This document shows, one piece after another, positions 48,764-58,923 of a stretch of DNA of 64,000 bases. Where the stretch lies: the NCBI GenBank assembly GCA_902509555.1, contig CABWYS010000003.1:937-64936 (forward strand). The letters run 5' to 3'. Within the stretch, counting starts at the first letter, position 1, and each line of letters opens with the position of its first letter. This DNA is from an uncultured SAR86 cluster bacterium. GTDB lineage: Bacteria > Pseudomonadota > Gammaproteobacteria > Magnimaribacterales > D2472. The notes below the pieces were generated by a model. It saw nothing but the letters and a program-made list of their open reading frames with translations, was not told where the DNA came from and did not search any database. The translations under genes were made by a program, and so were the position numbers.

Positions 48764-50679
48764 GATTTAATTCAATTCTTGTTGCTAATCGCGGAGAAAT
48801 TGCCTGTCGAATCATGCAAACCGCTCAATTTATGGGTATAAAATGTGTAGCTGTTTTTGTTGATGCTGATAAGGATGCTCCATTTGTAAAGATGGCAGAT
48901 GAAGCCATCAAGTTATCTTCTAGCTACATGGATGGCTCTGCCATCATTGATGCAGCTAAACAATCTGGAGCAGAAGCAATCCATCCAGGATATGGATTTT
49001 TATCAGAAAATGAAGCCTTTGCAAGAAAAGTTAAAAGCAATAAATTAATTTGGATTGGTCCATCCCCTCATGTAATCAAGGTCATGGGTGATAAATTAAA
49101 AGCCAAAGAACTAGCTGAAAAATCTGGGGTTCCCACTCTGCCAATGACCTCAAATACCAAAGATGTAAAAAGTATTGGCTACCCGATCTTGATCAAAGCT
49201 GCCGCTGGAGGTGGTGGTAAAGGAATGCGAATTGTTAAAAAAGAAAGTGAATTAAAAGATTCAATCATAAGCGCTAAAAGAGAAGCTCTCTCAGGTTTTG
49301 GTGATGACAGAATTTTTATAGAAAGATATGTAGAAAAATCGCGTCATATTGAAATACAAATCTTAGGTGATGAACACGGTAATGTCGTTCATTTGGGAGA
49401 ACGTGAATGCTCCATACAAAGAAGACATCAAAAAATTATTGAGGAGTCGCCTTCTCCAAGAATTGATCCATTTTTACGTGAGGAGATGGGTCAAGCAGCT
49501 GTTAAATTAGCTAAAAAAATTAAATACTGCTCTGCAGGAACTGTTGAATTTTTATTTGATGATAAAACAGATGAATTCTGGTTTTTAGAGGTTAATACTA
49601 GACTGCAAGTTGAGCACCCAGTTACAGAAGAAGTTACAGGAATAGATTTAGTTGCTGAGCAAATCAAGATAGCGAGAGGAGATGAGCTTGAATTTGCTCA
49701 AGATGATATTGATTGGCATGGACATGCAATTGAAGCAAGATTATATGCTGAAGATCCTGGAAATAACTTTTTACCTGAAATAGGAACATTGCACGCATAT
49801 GATACTAGTCTAGCTTCAGAGGTAAGATGGGATTCAGGGGTGGAAGAAGGTAGTGTTATTGGAACAGATTTTGATCCCATGCTATCTAAGGTTATTTCTT
49901 GGGCGCCTAATAGAATTGATGCTGCAAATAAATTGGCACGTGGACTTGAAAGAGCTCACATGGGAGGTGTAGTAACAAATCGTCAATTTTTAATTTCTTG
50001 CTTAAGAAATGAAAACTTCATAAGCGGAAATACAACAACAGACTTTATTGAACGCGAAGCTTTAGAAACTAAAAAGAATCTTTCAGTAAATGAGCTTCAT
50101 CAAACATCAACAGCACTTGCTTTATGGCTAGCACAACAAAATAGAGTCTCTGACCCTGTTACAGGTTTTATGCCTGCAAACTGGACCAATGGAAGAATGC
50201 CTCTTCAAAGGGTTAAGTTGCTTTTTATACAAGATGAGATAGAAGTGCAATATAAATTAAATAAAGATAATTTATATGAAGTTATGGGCTCCATTTGTGA
50301 AATTTACCATTGTGATATTGCTGGCATTGATGTGGAGATAGACTCTCACAGATTTTATGCTCATGTAACTGAGGCAGGCAGTGAAATCACTATTAACATG
50401 CCGTTTGGAGACGTTAATGCATCTGTTCTACCCAGGTTCATAGAACCGGGTAATGACGTCCCTGAGGGAGGTTTGATCGCTCCAATGCCTGGAAAAGTTA
50501 TTGATGTAAAGGTTAAAAAAGGCAGTAAAGTAAAAACTGGGGATACTTTAGTAATTATTGAGGCAATGAAAATGGAACATGCAATTAAAGCAACTGAGAC
50601 AGGCAAGATAGCTAAAGTGATGATTAAACTTAATGATCAAGTTGACAACGGAGCTACCCTTCTCGTTCTTGAAAAATAG
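48760..50679 (+). CDS. Acyl-CoA carboxylase biotin carboxylase/BCCP (alpha) subunit
   Basis: 639 aa. ATP-grasp BC domain (ILVANRGEIACRI, GGGGKGMR, EVNTRLQVEHPVTE). C-terminal biotinyl domain EAMKMEH (Lys codon 50569-50571). Confidence 0.9.
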   Translation: MRFNSILVANRGEIACRIMQTAQFMGIKCVAVFVDADKDAPFVKMADEAIKLSSSYMDGSAIIDAAKQSGAEAIHPGYGFLSENEAFARKVKSNKLIWIGPSPHVIKVMGDKLKAKELAEKSGVPTLPMTSNTKDVKSIGYPILIKAAAGGGGKGMRIVKKESELKDSIISAKREALSGFGDDRIFIERYVEKSRHIEIQILGDEHGNVVHLGERECSIQRRHQKIIEESPSPRIDPFLREEMGQAAVKLAKKIKYCSAGTVEFLFDDKTDEFWFLEVNTRLQVEHPVTEEVTGIDLVAEQIKIARGDELEFAQDDIDWHGHAIEARLYAEDPGNNFLPEIGTLHAYDTSLASEVRWDSGVEEGSVIGTDFDPMLSKVISWAPNRIDAANKLARGLERAHMGGVVTNRQFLISCLRNENFISGNTTTDFIEREALETKKNLSVNELHQTSTALALWLAQQNRVSDPVTGFMPANWTNGRMPLQRVKLLFIQDEIEVQYKLNKDNLYEVMGSICEIYHCDIAGIDVEIDSHRFYAHVTEAGSEITINMPFGDVNASVLPRFIEPGNDVPEGGLIAPMPGKVIDVKVKKGSKVKTGDTLVIIEAMKMEHAIKATETGKIAKVMIKLNDQVDNGATLLVLEK

Positions 50680-50680
50680 C

Positions 50681-51283
50681 ATGAAATCTCAAACCATCCT
50701 CTCAAGCAAGTCACCTCAAATTGGAAAGCGCCATCTTGAAGTGATGGATGAGCTAGAAAGTATGCTTGATCAAGGAAAGTCATTTTCAACAATGTCTGAT
50801 CTTGCAAAAAAATTGAAAATTTCATTAAGAACTCTATACGAAATTGCACCAAGCAAAGAGGAGCTTATAGTGACAACAGTTGATAGAGTGTTAAAAAAAC
50901 ACGGTAAGATTGCTATGGATGCAATGAACACTCATTCATCTCCAATTAAAAAATTAGAAAGTTTTTTAACTGTTGCCAATCAAGCGGTTGGGCCAAGATT
51001 TGAAAGATTCACACTATCTCTTAGTAGTTTAAATTCGTCTAAGCCAATGGTGGACTATCATGAGCAATACATAACAGACCTAATAAAAAATCTTTTAGAT
51101 GAAGCAAGAATTAAAAATGAGATCAAGGAAATTGATACTCAGGCAACTGCATTACTATTGGGAGGCCTTGGTAGATATTTTCAATCTAAGAAACTCTTAA
51201 AAGATTTGCATCAAACTCCTGAAAAAACTAGTAACTTCTTAACAAAAATCATTATTGATGGCATAAAAATGGAGAAATCTTGA
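50681..51283 (+). CDS. TetR-family transcriptional regulator
   Basis: HTH segment MSDLAKKLKISLRTLYEIAPSKEELI. I prefer the ATG at 50681 (MKSQTI...), 1 nt after the upstream stop, over the track start at 50633. Confidence 0.78.
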   Translation: MKSQTILSSKSPQIGKRHLEVMDELESMLDQGKSFSTMSDLAKKLKISLRTLYEIAPSKEELIVTTVDRVLKKHGKIAMDAMNTHSSPIKKLESFLTVANQAVGPRFERFTLSLSSLNSSKPMVDYHEQYITDLIKNLLDEARIKNEIKEIDTQATALLLGGLGRYFQSKKLLKDLHQTPEKTSNFLTKIIIDGIKMEKS

Positions 51284-53055
51284 GCGAAGAAATTATAAGG
51301 ATTGCAAATTGTAGCGGCTATTACGGAGATAAATTATCTGCTGCTAAAGAAATGGTGGATGGAGGGCCTATAGATGTACTGACTGGAGACTATTTAGCAG
51401 AACTCACCATGACAATTCTTTTTAATCAAAAGATGCAGCGAGGAGATGATAAGGGATACGTGGGTACTTTTCTCAAACAAGTGAAAGCAGTAGCTAAGTC
51501 ATGCAAAGAGAAAAATATTAAAATTGTTACAAATGCGGGTGGCTTGAACCCCTCTTCTATGGCTAATGAAATAGAAAAAATCTTAGATGAGCTCAATATT
51601 TCTCTCAAAGTAGCTTACATAACTGGCGATGATTTAATGCCAAGAATGGAGTCCTTAAAAAATGAAGGAGAATCGTTTCTTAACATCGATAAAAATATCC
51701 CGATTGATAAATCAGGATGTCAAACACTCACAGCAAATGCTTATCTTGGAGCTTGGGGAATTAAAGAAGCATTAGATGAGGGAGCTGATATTGTAGTATG
51801 CCCAAGGGTGACGGATGCTGCAGTAGTCATTGGTCCAGCAGCATGGAAATTTAATTGGAAGAGAAATGATTATGATGCATTGGCTGGTGCATTAGCAGCC
51901 GGTCATATCATTGAATGTGGATGCCAGGCAACTGGCGGGAACTATTCTTTTTTTAAAGAGGTGCCCAGCTTTGACAATGTGGGCTATCCAATAGCTGAAA
52001 TCAAAAACGACGGAAGTTTTTACATTACCAAACATCCAGGCACTGGGGGTTTAGTATCTACCGGAACTGTAACAGCGCAGCTTTTATATGAAATTAGCGC
52101 TCCTGCATACTTAAATCCAGATGTTATAGCTCATTTTGATACCTTGAATATTGAGGAAGTCTCTAAAGACAGAGTTTATGTATCAGGTTGCAGGGGAAGC
52201 TCACCAACTAATACTCACAAAGTCTGTATTAATCTTGCTGGTGGTTATAGAAATGGTATGGAGTTTATTCTTACAGGCATAGATATTGAAGAAAAAGCTC
52301 AAATTATAAGTGATGCACTATTTAACTCTGTTGGAGGCAAAGAGCAATTTGATGAGGTTTCAATTTTATTAGATAGAACCGACAAAAAAGATCCCCATTC
52401 TAATGAAGAAGCAATGGCCTCTCTTAGAATTTCGGTCAAATCAAAAGACCCTGATTTAGTTGGCAGAATGTTTACAGCAAAAATGATAGAGTTGGCTTTA
52501 GCCAATTATCCAGGATTTTTTACTGGAGGAGGAGTAAGATCTGGAGGACCGGTCTTAGTCTATTGGCCTGCTTTGATAGATAGCAAACACATTGAAGAGA
52601 CTGTTCATATAGACGGCAAAGAAATTAATGTAAAGCCAACTAATCAACTCGATTTAGAAGAAACCTATTATCAAAAACAACCAATTGAAATACCTCCTCC
52701 TCCATCGGGTCAAACTCTCAACAAACCATTAGGAGAGCTTTTTGGTGCTAGATCTGGTGATAAAGGTGGTTGTGCGAATATCGGTGTATGGGCCAAAAAT
52801 GAAAATGCATTCTCTTTTTTAAATAATTATCTAACTGTCGAAAAAATCAAAGAATTGATGCCTGACATAAGGGAATTTGAAATAGATAGGTATGAGCTTC
52901 CAAACATACTTTCACTAAATTTTTACATCCATGACATATTAGAAGATGGAGTTTCTTCTAATACTAGGAAAGATGGCCAAGCTAAATCTCTCGGGGAATA
53001 CTTAAGAGCTAAGTATGCAGATATCCCTAAATCTTTATTTGAGGAAAACATATGA
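51280..53055 (+). CDS. AtuA-like acyclic terpene utilisation protein (DUF1446)
   Basis: 591 aa. N-terminus IRIANCSGYYGDK and overall size match my recollection of AtuA/DUF1446. TTG start 6 nt after a GGAG, overlapping the TetR stop. Confidence 0.7.
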   Translation: MSEEIIRIANCSGYYGDKLSAAKEMVDGGPIDVLTGDYLAELTMTILFNQKMQRGDDKGYVGTFLKQVKAVAKSCKEKNIKIVTNAGGLNPSSMANEIEKILDELNISLKVAYITGDDLMPRMESLKNEGESFLNIDKNIPIDKSGCQTLTANAYLGAWGIKEALDEGADIVVCPRVTDAAVVIGPAAWKFNWKRNDYDALAGALAAGHIIECGCQATGGNYSFFKEVPSFDNVGYPIAEIKNDGSFYITKHPGTGGLVSTGTVTAQLLYEISAPAYLNPDVIAHFDTLNIEEVSKDRVYVSGCRGSSPTNTHKVCINLAGGYRNGMEFILTGIDIEEKAQIISDALFNSVGGKEQFDEVSILLDRTDKKDPHSNEEAMASLRISVKSKDPDLVGRMFTAKMIELALANYPGFFTGGGVRSGGPVLVYWPALIDSKHIEETVHIDGKEINVKPTNQLDLEETYYQKQPIEIPPPPSGQTLNKPLGELFGARSGDKGGCANIGVWAKNENAFSFLNNYLTVEKIKELMPDIREFEIDRYELPNILSLNFYIHDILEDGVSSNTRKDGQAKSLGEYLRAKYADIPKSLFEENI

Positions 53056-53843
53056 GTGTAGATAAATTATCTTTAGAGGGTTTGCATTTTCAAGCAACGA
53101 AAGTAAGTGTTAAAAATAATATTTTAACTATTACATTAAATCGACCTGAGAAAAAAAACGCATTAAATAATGTGATGATGAATGAGCTGAATTATGCTTT
53201 AGCGTTCGCGAAACAAGAAAAAGAAATCAGAGTTGTTGTTATTGATGCGGAAGGAGATATTTTTTGTGCCGGAGCTGATCTAAGGCTTGCTAAAGAAGAT
53301 TCTAATGTCCCAAAAATAGAGGGTGCAGATGACATCAGTTTCTCTCTTAGAAGACTGCACAAACCAGCTATATGCAAAATTCAAGGCTCTGTTTTAGCCG
53401 GAGCCTTGTTGATTTTAACCAATGCAACACATGCCATAGCAGTCGATACTGCAAAGTTTTCAGCGCCTGAGATACACAGAGGCTTGTGGCCTTTTATGGT
53501 TATGGCTGGATTATTCAGAGTGATGCCTAAAAGAGCTGGGCTTGATTTTATTATGCGAGGTCAGCCTATTAATGCCAATCAGGCTGAAAGATGGGGGTTG
53601 ATTAATGAATCTGTAGCGGCTAATGAATTGGATAAAAGAGTTAGCGAGCTGGCTGAAGAACTAGCTAGCCTGGCGCCAGGAACTATGCAATTTGGTCTAG
53701 AGGCATATGAGAAACAAGACGCTTTAGAATTTGATGAGGCTCTGCCTTATTTACAAAAACAAATTGCTAAATGTTTTGAAGGTGATGATGCTAAGGAAGG
53801 TATTGCTGCGTTTTTAGAAAAAAGAAAACCCAATTGGAAATAA
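53052..53843 (+). CDS. Enoyl-CoA hydratase/isomerase (crotonase) family protein
   Basis: 263 aa. NRPEKKNALN, FCAGADL, C-terminal EGIAAFLEKRKPNW. Confidence 0.88.
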   Translation: MSVDKLSLEGLHFQATKVSVKNNILTITLNRPEKKNALNNVMMNELNYALAFAKQEKEIRVVVIDAEGDIFCAGADLRLAKEDSNVPKIEGADDISFSLRRLHKPAICKIQGSVLAGALLILTNATHAIAVDTAKFSAPEIHRGLWPFMVMAGLFRVMPKRAGLDFIMRGQPINANQAERWGLINESVAANELDKRVSELAEELASLAPGTMQFGLEAYEKQDALEFDEALPYLQKQIAKCFEGDDAKEGIAAFLEKRKPNWK

Positions 53844-53856
53844 ATAGGGAAGAATT

Positions 53857-55080
53857 ATGGATTTAGAATACGGGCCTGAATATCAAGACTTCACAAAAGA
53901 GGTTGAAAGCTTTTGTGAAAAATATAAAGGATTGTCTTTTACGGATGGTTCTAATAATCCATTAGGAAGTTCAGGAGGTTTTGGTGGCCCCCAAATGTCT
54001 AGATCTGAATGGCAAAAAACCTTAATTGAAAATGGCTATTTTGCTCGCTCAGTGCCAAAAGAATATGGAGGATATGGCGGCGAAGCAGATATTCTGAAAA
54101 GCAGAATTATTGCTGCAGAATTTTCAAAATCTAACACTCCGGGAGCAATGGGTGGTCAAGGGATTGATATGCTGGTTCCCACTCTATTGGAGATGGGTAC
54201 TGAGGAACAAAAACAAGCCTATATCAAACCCACGCTTCATGGAGAAATGATTTGGTGCCAAGGTTACTCTGAACCAAATGCGGGGAGCGATCTGGCAAGT
54301 TTACAAACTAAGGGGGACTTAGTTGGGGATGAATGGGTGATTAATGGTCAAAAAATATGGACCAGTACCGCTCAATACTCACAAATGTGTTTTTGTCTTG
54401 TTAGAACTGAACCAGATGCACCAAAACATGCTGGAATAAGTTACTTATTGATCCCAATGGATACCTCAGGCATTGAAATTAGACCACTTGTTGATATGAC
54501 TTTGAAGGCTGGATTTAATGAAGTCTTTTTTACAGATGTGAAAATTCCTGCAGGCAATATTGTAGGCAAAAGAGGTGAAGGCTGGGCCGTTGCAAATGCA
54601 ACTTTAGGGCATGAAAGAGGTTCCTTAGCTCCACCAGATGCAACCATGAATAGAGTAAATATGCTTATGCAGCTAATGAAAGAAGAAACGTTAGATGGAA
54701 AGCCATTAATTGAGCATCCAATTTACCGAGATCGATTAATGCAAATTCAAGGCAAAGTTTTAGCTCAACAATCTCATGCCTTAAGACTGTTATCAGCTAA
54801 GTTAAATCCAGGAGCTGATGTCAAGATAGGCAAAATGATACAAAAACTCACTGGAACAGAGTTAAGGCATGAATTAGAAGGCCTTGCCATTGATGTGATG
54901 GGTGAAATTGGAACATTGTATGAAGATAGCCCGCATCTTAAAAATGACGGTACATGGCAATTCATATACATGTATTTTCTCGGTCTCATTATCGGTGGAG
55001 GAACCAGTCAAATTCAAAAGAATATCATTGCCGAAAGAGGTCTAGGCATGCCTAAAGAACCAAAAGTAGAGGGAGCATAA
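53857..55080 (+). CDS. Acyl-CoA dehydrogenase family protein (larger member of second pair)
   Basis: 407 aa. WCQGYSEPNAGSDLASL, GQKIWTS, C-terminal IIGGGTSQIQKNIIAE. Paralogous to the 31156 ORF. Confidence 0.85.
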   Translation: MDLEYGPEYQDFTKEVESFCEKYKGLSFTDGSNNPLGSSGGFGGPQMSRSEWQKTLIENGYFARSVPKEYGGYGGEADILKSRIIAAEFSKSNTPGAMGGQGIDMLVPTLLEMGTEEQKQAYIKPTLHGEMIWCQGYSEPNAGSDLASLQTKGDLVGDEWVINGQKIWTSTAQYSQMCFCLVRTEPDAPKHAGISYLLIPMDTSGIEIRPLVDMTLKAGFNEVFFTDVKIPAGNIVGKRGEGWAVANATLGHERGSLAPPDATMNRVNMLMQLMKEETLDGKPLIEHPIYRDRLMQIQGKVLAQQSHALRLLSAKLNPGADVKIGKMIQKLTGTELRHELEGLAIDVMGEIGTLYEDSPHLKNDGTWQFIYMYFLGLIIGGGTSQIQKNIIAERGLGMPKEPKVEGA

Positions 55081-55081
55081 A

Positions 55082-56167
55082 ATGTATTTTGGCTTATCAG
55101 AAGAACAATCCTTTTTTCAGGACAATGTAAAAAAGTATCTAGCAGAACATGCCACCATAGATAATATTAAACATATTACTAGCGGTGATAAAAAAAATCT
55201 TTCTGCAGAGATTCATCAAGGCCTTCTTAATCTAGGTATAAATGGGCTTTTAATTCCAGAAGAATTTGGTGGTCTAGGCCTGGATTTGCTCTTTGCAGCT
55301 GTTGTTTCAGAAGCTTTGGGAGGTGGGGTGGGCCCTACTCCATTTATTGCACCCTATGTTATGGCACCAACAGCCATTAAACATGCAGGTAGTAAGACTC
55401 AGCAAGAAAATTATCTTTCTAAAATTGCCTCTAATGAAAATCGTTTTGGGGTTGGGTTTAGTGAATTCATTGGCAAAAGAAATGATGCTGGAATAACTTT
55501 TTCAGACAATACATTAAACGGAAGAGCTATGTTTGTGCTCGATGCAAATGACGCAACACATTTATTGCTTGCAGATGAAAAAGGTCAGATATTTGTTGTA
55601 GATGCAAAATCTGCAGACTTAGAAATAGTCAAACTAACCACAGTGGATAAAACCAGACAATATACAGAGGTGATTTGTAAGAACTTAGAAGCAGAACTGC
55701 TAGAACATTCATCTGATTCAAGAAATCCAATCTATCAAGCAATTGATGCTGGAAGGATTATGCTTGCTGCAGATTCTCTTGGCGCATCACAAACCATGAT
55801 AGACAAGGCAGTTGATTATGCTAAGGAGCGAAAGCAGTTTGGCAGAGCCATAGGGTCATTTCAGGCTGTAAAGCATATGTGTGCAGAGATGGCTGCTGAC
55901 CTAGAGCCATGCTATGCACTGGTTTGGCAAGCTGCGCATTGTCATGATCATTCTCCTGATGAGGCGAGATTGATGGCCTGTCATGCTAAAGCGCACGTCT
56001 CTGAAATGAGCAAAGGCATAGCTAAGAAAGCTACTGAGGTTCATGGCGGCATGGGTTTCACAGACTTACTTGGCCTGCATTACTGGTTCAAACGAATTGG
56101 ATTAAATCGTCAAATTCTTGGCAGCCCAGAACTTGTTCGAGAAGAAGCATATAAAACACAGGTTTAA
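55082..56167 (+). CDS. Acyl-CoA dehydrogenase family protein (smaller member of second pair)
   Basis: 361 aa. ERKQFGRAIGSFQAVKH. Degenerate C-terminal motif QILGSPELV. Starts 1 nt after the upstream stop. Confidence 0.8.
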   Translation: MYFGLSEEQSFFQDNVKKYLAEHATIDNIKHITSGDKKNLSAEIHQGLLNLGINGLLIPEEFGGLGLDLLFAAVVSEALGGGVGPTPFIAPYVMAPTAIKHAGSKTQQENYLSKIASNENRFGVGFSEFIGKRNDAGITFSDNTLNGRAMFVLDANDATHLLLADEKGQIFVVDAKSADLEIVKLTTVDKTRQYTEVICKNLEAELLEHSSDSRNPIYQAIDAGRIMLAADSLGASQTMIDKAVDYAKERKQFGRAIGSFQAVKHMCAEMAADLEPCYALVWQAAHCHDHSPDEARLMACHAKAHVSEMSKGIAKKATEVHGGMGFTDLLGLHYWFKRIGLNRQILGSPELVREEAYKTQV

Positions 56168-56778
56168 ATTAAATTTCTTGTAATTGCTTCCTCTAAGAGA
56201 TGTAATCGGTCATTACCAAAAAACATTTTTTCTTTATAGAAAAATGTGGGTGAACCAAATCCCCCGCGCCCAATTAATTCATCAGTATTTTTGATCAATA
56301 GATCTTTGGCTTCTTGTGATGTGATAAATTTTTTAAATTCTTCAGTATCTAAATTTGAATTTTTGGCAATGGTTAATAATAAATCTTCCTGACTGATGTC
56401 TTTACCCTCACCCCAATAGGCTTGAAATACATTATTAGCAAACTCAACCAGTTTACTTTCTTGGTTAGCAAACAAGCAGCCTCGCATTGCCTTGACGGAA
56501 TTAACTGGAAATACTTTTGGAAAGCTGATGCTAATTCCTCTAATCTTTGACCATAAATGTAAATCCTCATTTGAGTAATTAAGTTTTAAAGGATTGGGCT
56601 TTTTCCTAAACTCATACACATCTTGATTAACGGTATTAAAAACTCCTCCAACAAGTACTGGCCTCCAGTCAATATCTAGCTCATGTCTTTGTGATAATGA
56701 TACAATTTCGGCAAATGCTAAATATGTCCAGGGGCTTGAACAGTCAAAGTAAAATTCTATATAGTTAGCATTCATCAT
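56164..56778 (-). CDS. 2-hydroxychromene-2-carboxylate isomerase / DsbA-like thioredoxin-fold family protein
   Basis: 204 aa. IEFYFDCSSPWTYLAF N-terminus and GSPTFFY...FFGNDRL C-terminal segment typical of the HCCA-isomerase branch. Confidence 0.68.
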   Translation of the reverse strand: MMNANYIEFYFDCSSPWTYLAFAEIVSLSQRHELDIDWRPVLVGGVFNTVNQDVYEFRKKPNPLKLNYSNEDLHLWSKIRGISISFPKVFPVNSVKAMRGCLFANQESKLVEFANNVFQAYWGEGKDISQEDLLLTIAKNSNLDTEEFKKFITSQEAKDLLIKNTDELIGRGGFGSPTFFYKEKMFFGNDRLHLLEEAITRNLI

Positions 56779-56802
56779 TATAAATATTGTAAATTAATTA
56801 TC

Positions 56803-58920
56803 TTGTGTAAACAGAAAAAAGCCTTGAGCTTAATAACAATACTGTTGCTTAGCATTGGTATTGAGGCAAAAATAAATATACCTGCATCAGCTAAAAAACA
56901 AGAGCTGTGTCAGGAAATTTACAAAAAGATAACCAACGAGCACTTTTTTAATGACAGAGACTTGAGCTTCATTAATTCTGAAATATTTGATACGTTATTA
57001 GATCAGCTGGATTCACAGAAAATATATTTCACAAAAAATGAAATTACTTTGTTTAAAAGAAAATTTTCTAAATTTGATGATCCCATTAGTTATCAAAAAA
57101 AATACTTAAAATCCTCTCTTTGCTCCATAGACTTAAAATCTAAATTTTCGTTTATAAATCTATACTTCAACCGGTTAATTGAGGCAACTAACTATCAACT
57201 CAAAGAAGTTGCTAAAAAGAATTTTGATTTTACAAAAGAAGAGGTCATCTTGATTGATGATGATCAAAAAAAATGGCAGAAGAGCAAATTTGAGCTTAAG
57301 AAAGTATGGAGAAAACTGGCAAAAAATGATGTTTTAACATCGATGCTCGCTGATAAAGAATTAGATGAAGCAACAGAAACTATTGAGAAAAGATATGAAA
57401 ATAGACTCCGAAGAATCTCTCAAAGAAATGAGGAAGATGTCTTTTCAATTTCTATGAATAATTTGACGTCTTTTTTTGATCCGCATTCTTCATACCTCTC
57501 TCCTAAATCAGCTGAGGATTTCGAAATGACAATGAGTCTAAAGCTTGAGGGAATTGGAGCTTTGCTTACAACAGAGGATGATTACCCAACCATAGTAAGT
57601 GTTGTACCTGGGGGTCCAGCTGAAAAAACAGGAAAAATTAATCCAGATGACAAAATAGTAAAGATATTGCAAGTTGAGGAATCGAATTCAACTTCAACTG
57701 ATGTTGTCGGATGGAGAATAGATGAAGTGGTTCAATTAATTCGAGGTAAAGCTGGTACTAAAGTTGAGTTGGAGATAATTCCAGGGAAAACAGAAGATTT
57801 TAGCGAAAGGAAATTTGTAACAATCACACGCGAAGAAGTGAAACTGGAGGAGCAAGCAGCAAAATCTAGGATAATTGAAATCCAAAGAAATTTACAAATA
57901 ATAAAAGTTGGCATAATAGATTTACCTACCTTTTATATAGATTTCAATGCATGGCGAAATAGAGATCCTAATTTCAGAAGCAGCTCAAAAGATGTTGAAA
58001 CCATACTAAGAAAATTTACTGCTCAAAGAGTTGATGCAGTCTTGATTGATCTGCGAGGTAATTCCGGTGGCTCTCTTTTTGAGGCAAATAAATTAACTGG
58101 ATTGTTTGTTTCGTCTGGAGCAACATTGCAAGTCAAAGAGAGCAATGGCAGCATAAGACCCTGGGGAGATGCTAGAGCTAAACAAATTTGGAAAAAACCA
58201 GTGGCAGTTATGGTTGATAGATACTCTGCCTCTGCATCAGAAATTTTTGCAGGAGCCATTCAAGATTATCAAAGGGGAATAATTATCGGACAAAAAACAT
58301 TTGGCAAAGGGACTGTTCAAAAATTAGATAATTTAAGCTCAGGGCAAATCAAAATCACTGAATCAAAGTTTTATAGAGTTACTGGGGCTGGGATGCAAAG
58401 CAAAGGCATATATCCCGATATTACATTACCTAGTACCTGGGATATTGAAGAGATTGGTGAAAGTTCATACGATACTGCTCTTCCATGGGATGAAATTAAA
58501 CCAGTGCGTTTCAAGAAATTTTCTATGGGGCCAACTTTGATTTCCAAATTAAATGATGGACATTTAACAAGAGTCAATCAAAGTCCTAACTTACAATACA
58601 TCCTTGATATGAGAAAAAGATATGAGATCCAAAAAAATAATGAAGTGATCTCTTTAAACTTAACCAATAGAAGAGTTGAAAAAGAAGAAAGGCAGTCATG
58701 GGCTTTAGATATAGAGAACAAAAGACGCGCCTCTCTAAATTTAGAAACTTTTAGTTCGTTCAAGGCTATGAAGGATTACAATGATACCGAAGAAACTGAA
58801 TACGATGAGAGGGATTCTCAGATAGACGTTGATAATGACTATCTTCTAAATGAAGGTATGCAAATACTTTCAGACTATGCAATATTTAATCAAAACATTT
58901 ATCTATCTAAAGCTGCATAA
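56803..58920 (+). CDS. prc: Tail-specific (C-terminal processing) protease, S41 family
   Basis: 705 aa, TTG start, signal peptide, PDZ region. DLRGNSGGSL, Ser in SASASEIFAGAIQDY, Lys in TFGKGTVQ. Confidence 0.9.
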   Translation: MCKQKKALSLITILLLSIGIEAKINIPASAKKQELCQEIYKKITNEHFFNDRDLSFINSEIFDTLLDQLDSQKIYFTKNEITLFKRKFSKFDDPISYQKKYLKSSLCSIDLKSKFSFINLYFNRLIEATNYQLKEVAKKNFDFTKEEVILIDDDQKKWQKSKFELKKVWRKLAKNDVLTSMLADKELDEATETIEKRYENRLRRISQRNEEDVFSISMNNLTSFFDPHSSYLSPKSAEDFEMTMSLKLEGIGALLTTEDDYPTIVSVVPGGPAEKTGKINPDDKIVKILQVEESNSTSTDVVGWRIDEVVQLIRGKAGTKVELEIIPGKTEDFSERKFVTITREEVKLEEQAAKSRIIEIQRNLQIIKVGIIDLPTFYIDFNAWRNRDPNFRSSSKDVETILRKFTAQRVDAVLIDLRGNSGGSLFEANKLTGLFVSSGATLQVKESNGSIRPWGDARAKQIWKKPVAVMVDRYSASASEIFAGAIQDYQRGIIIGQKTFGKGTVQKLDNLSSGQIKITESKFYRVTGAGMQSKGIYPDITLPSTWDIEEIGESSYDTALPWDEIKPVRFKKFSMGPTLISKLNDGHLTRVNQSPNLQYILDMRKRYEIQKNNEVISLNLTNRRVEKEERQSWALDIENKRRASLNLETFSSFKAMKDYNDTEETEYDERDSQIDVDNDYLLNEGMQILSDYAIFNQNIYLSKAA

Positions 58921-58923
58921 AAT

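Noticed and set aside
50633-50680. Track start of the TetR ORF inside the biotin-carboxylase gene.
   Set aside because: The ATG at 50681, 1 nt after the upstream stop, gives a normal TetR N-terminus. The upstream 16 codons overlap the BCCP domain.
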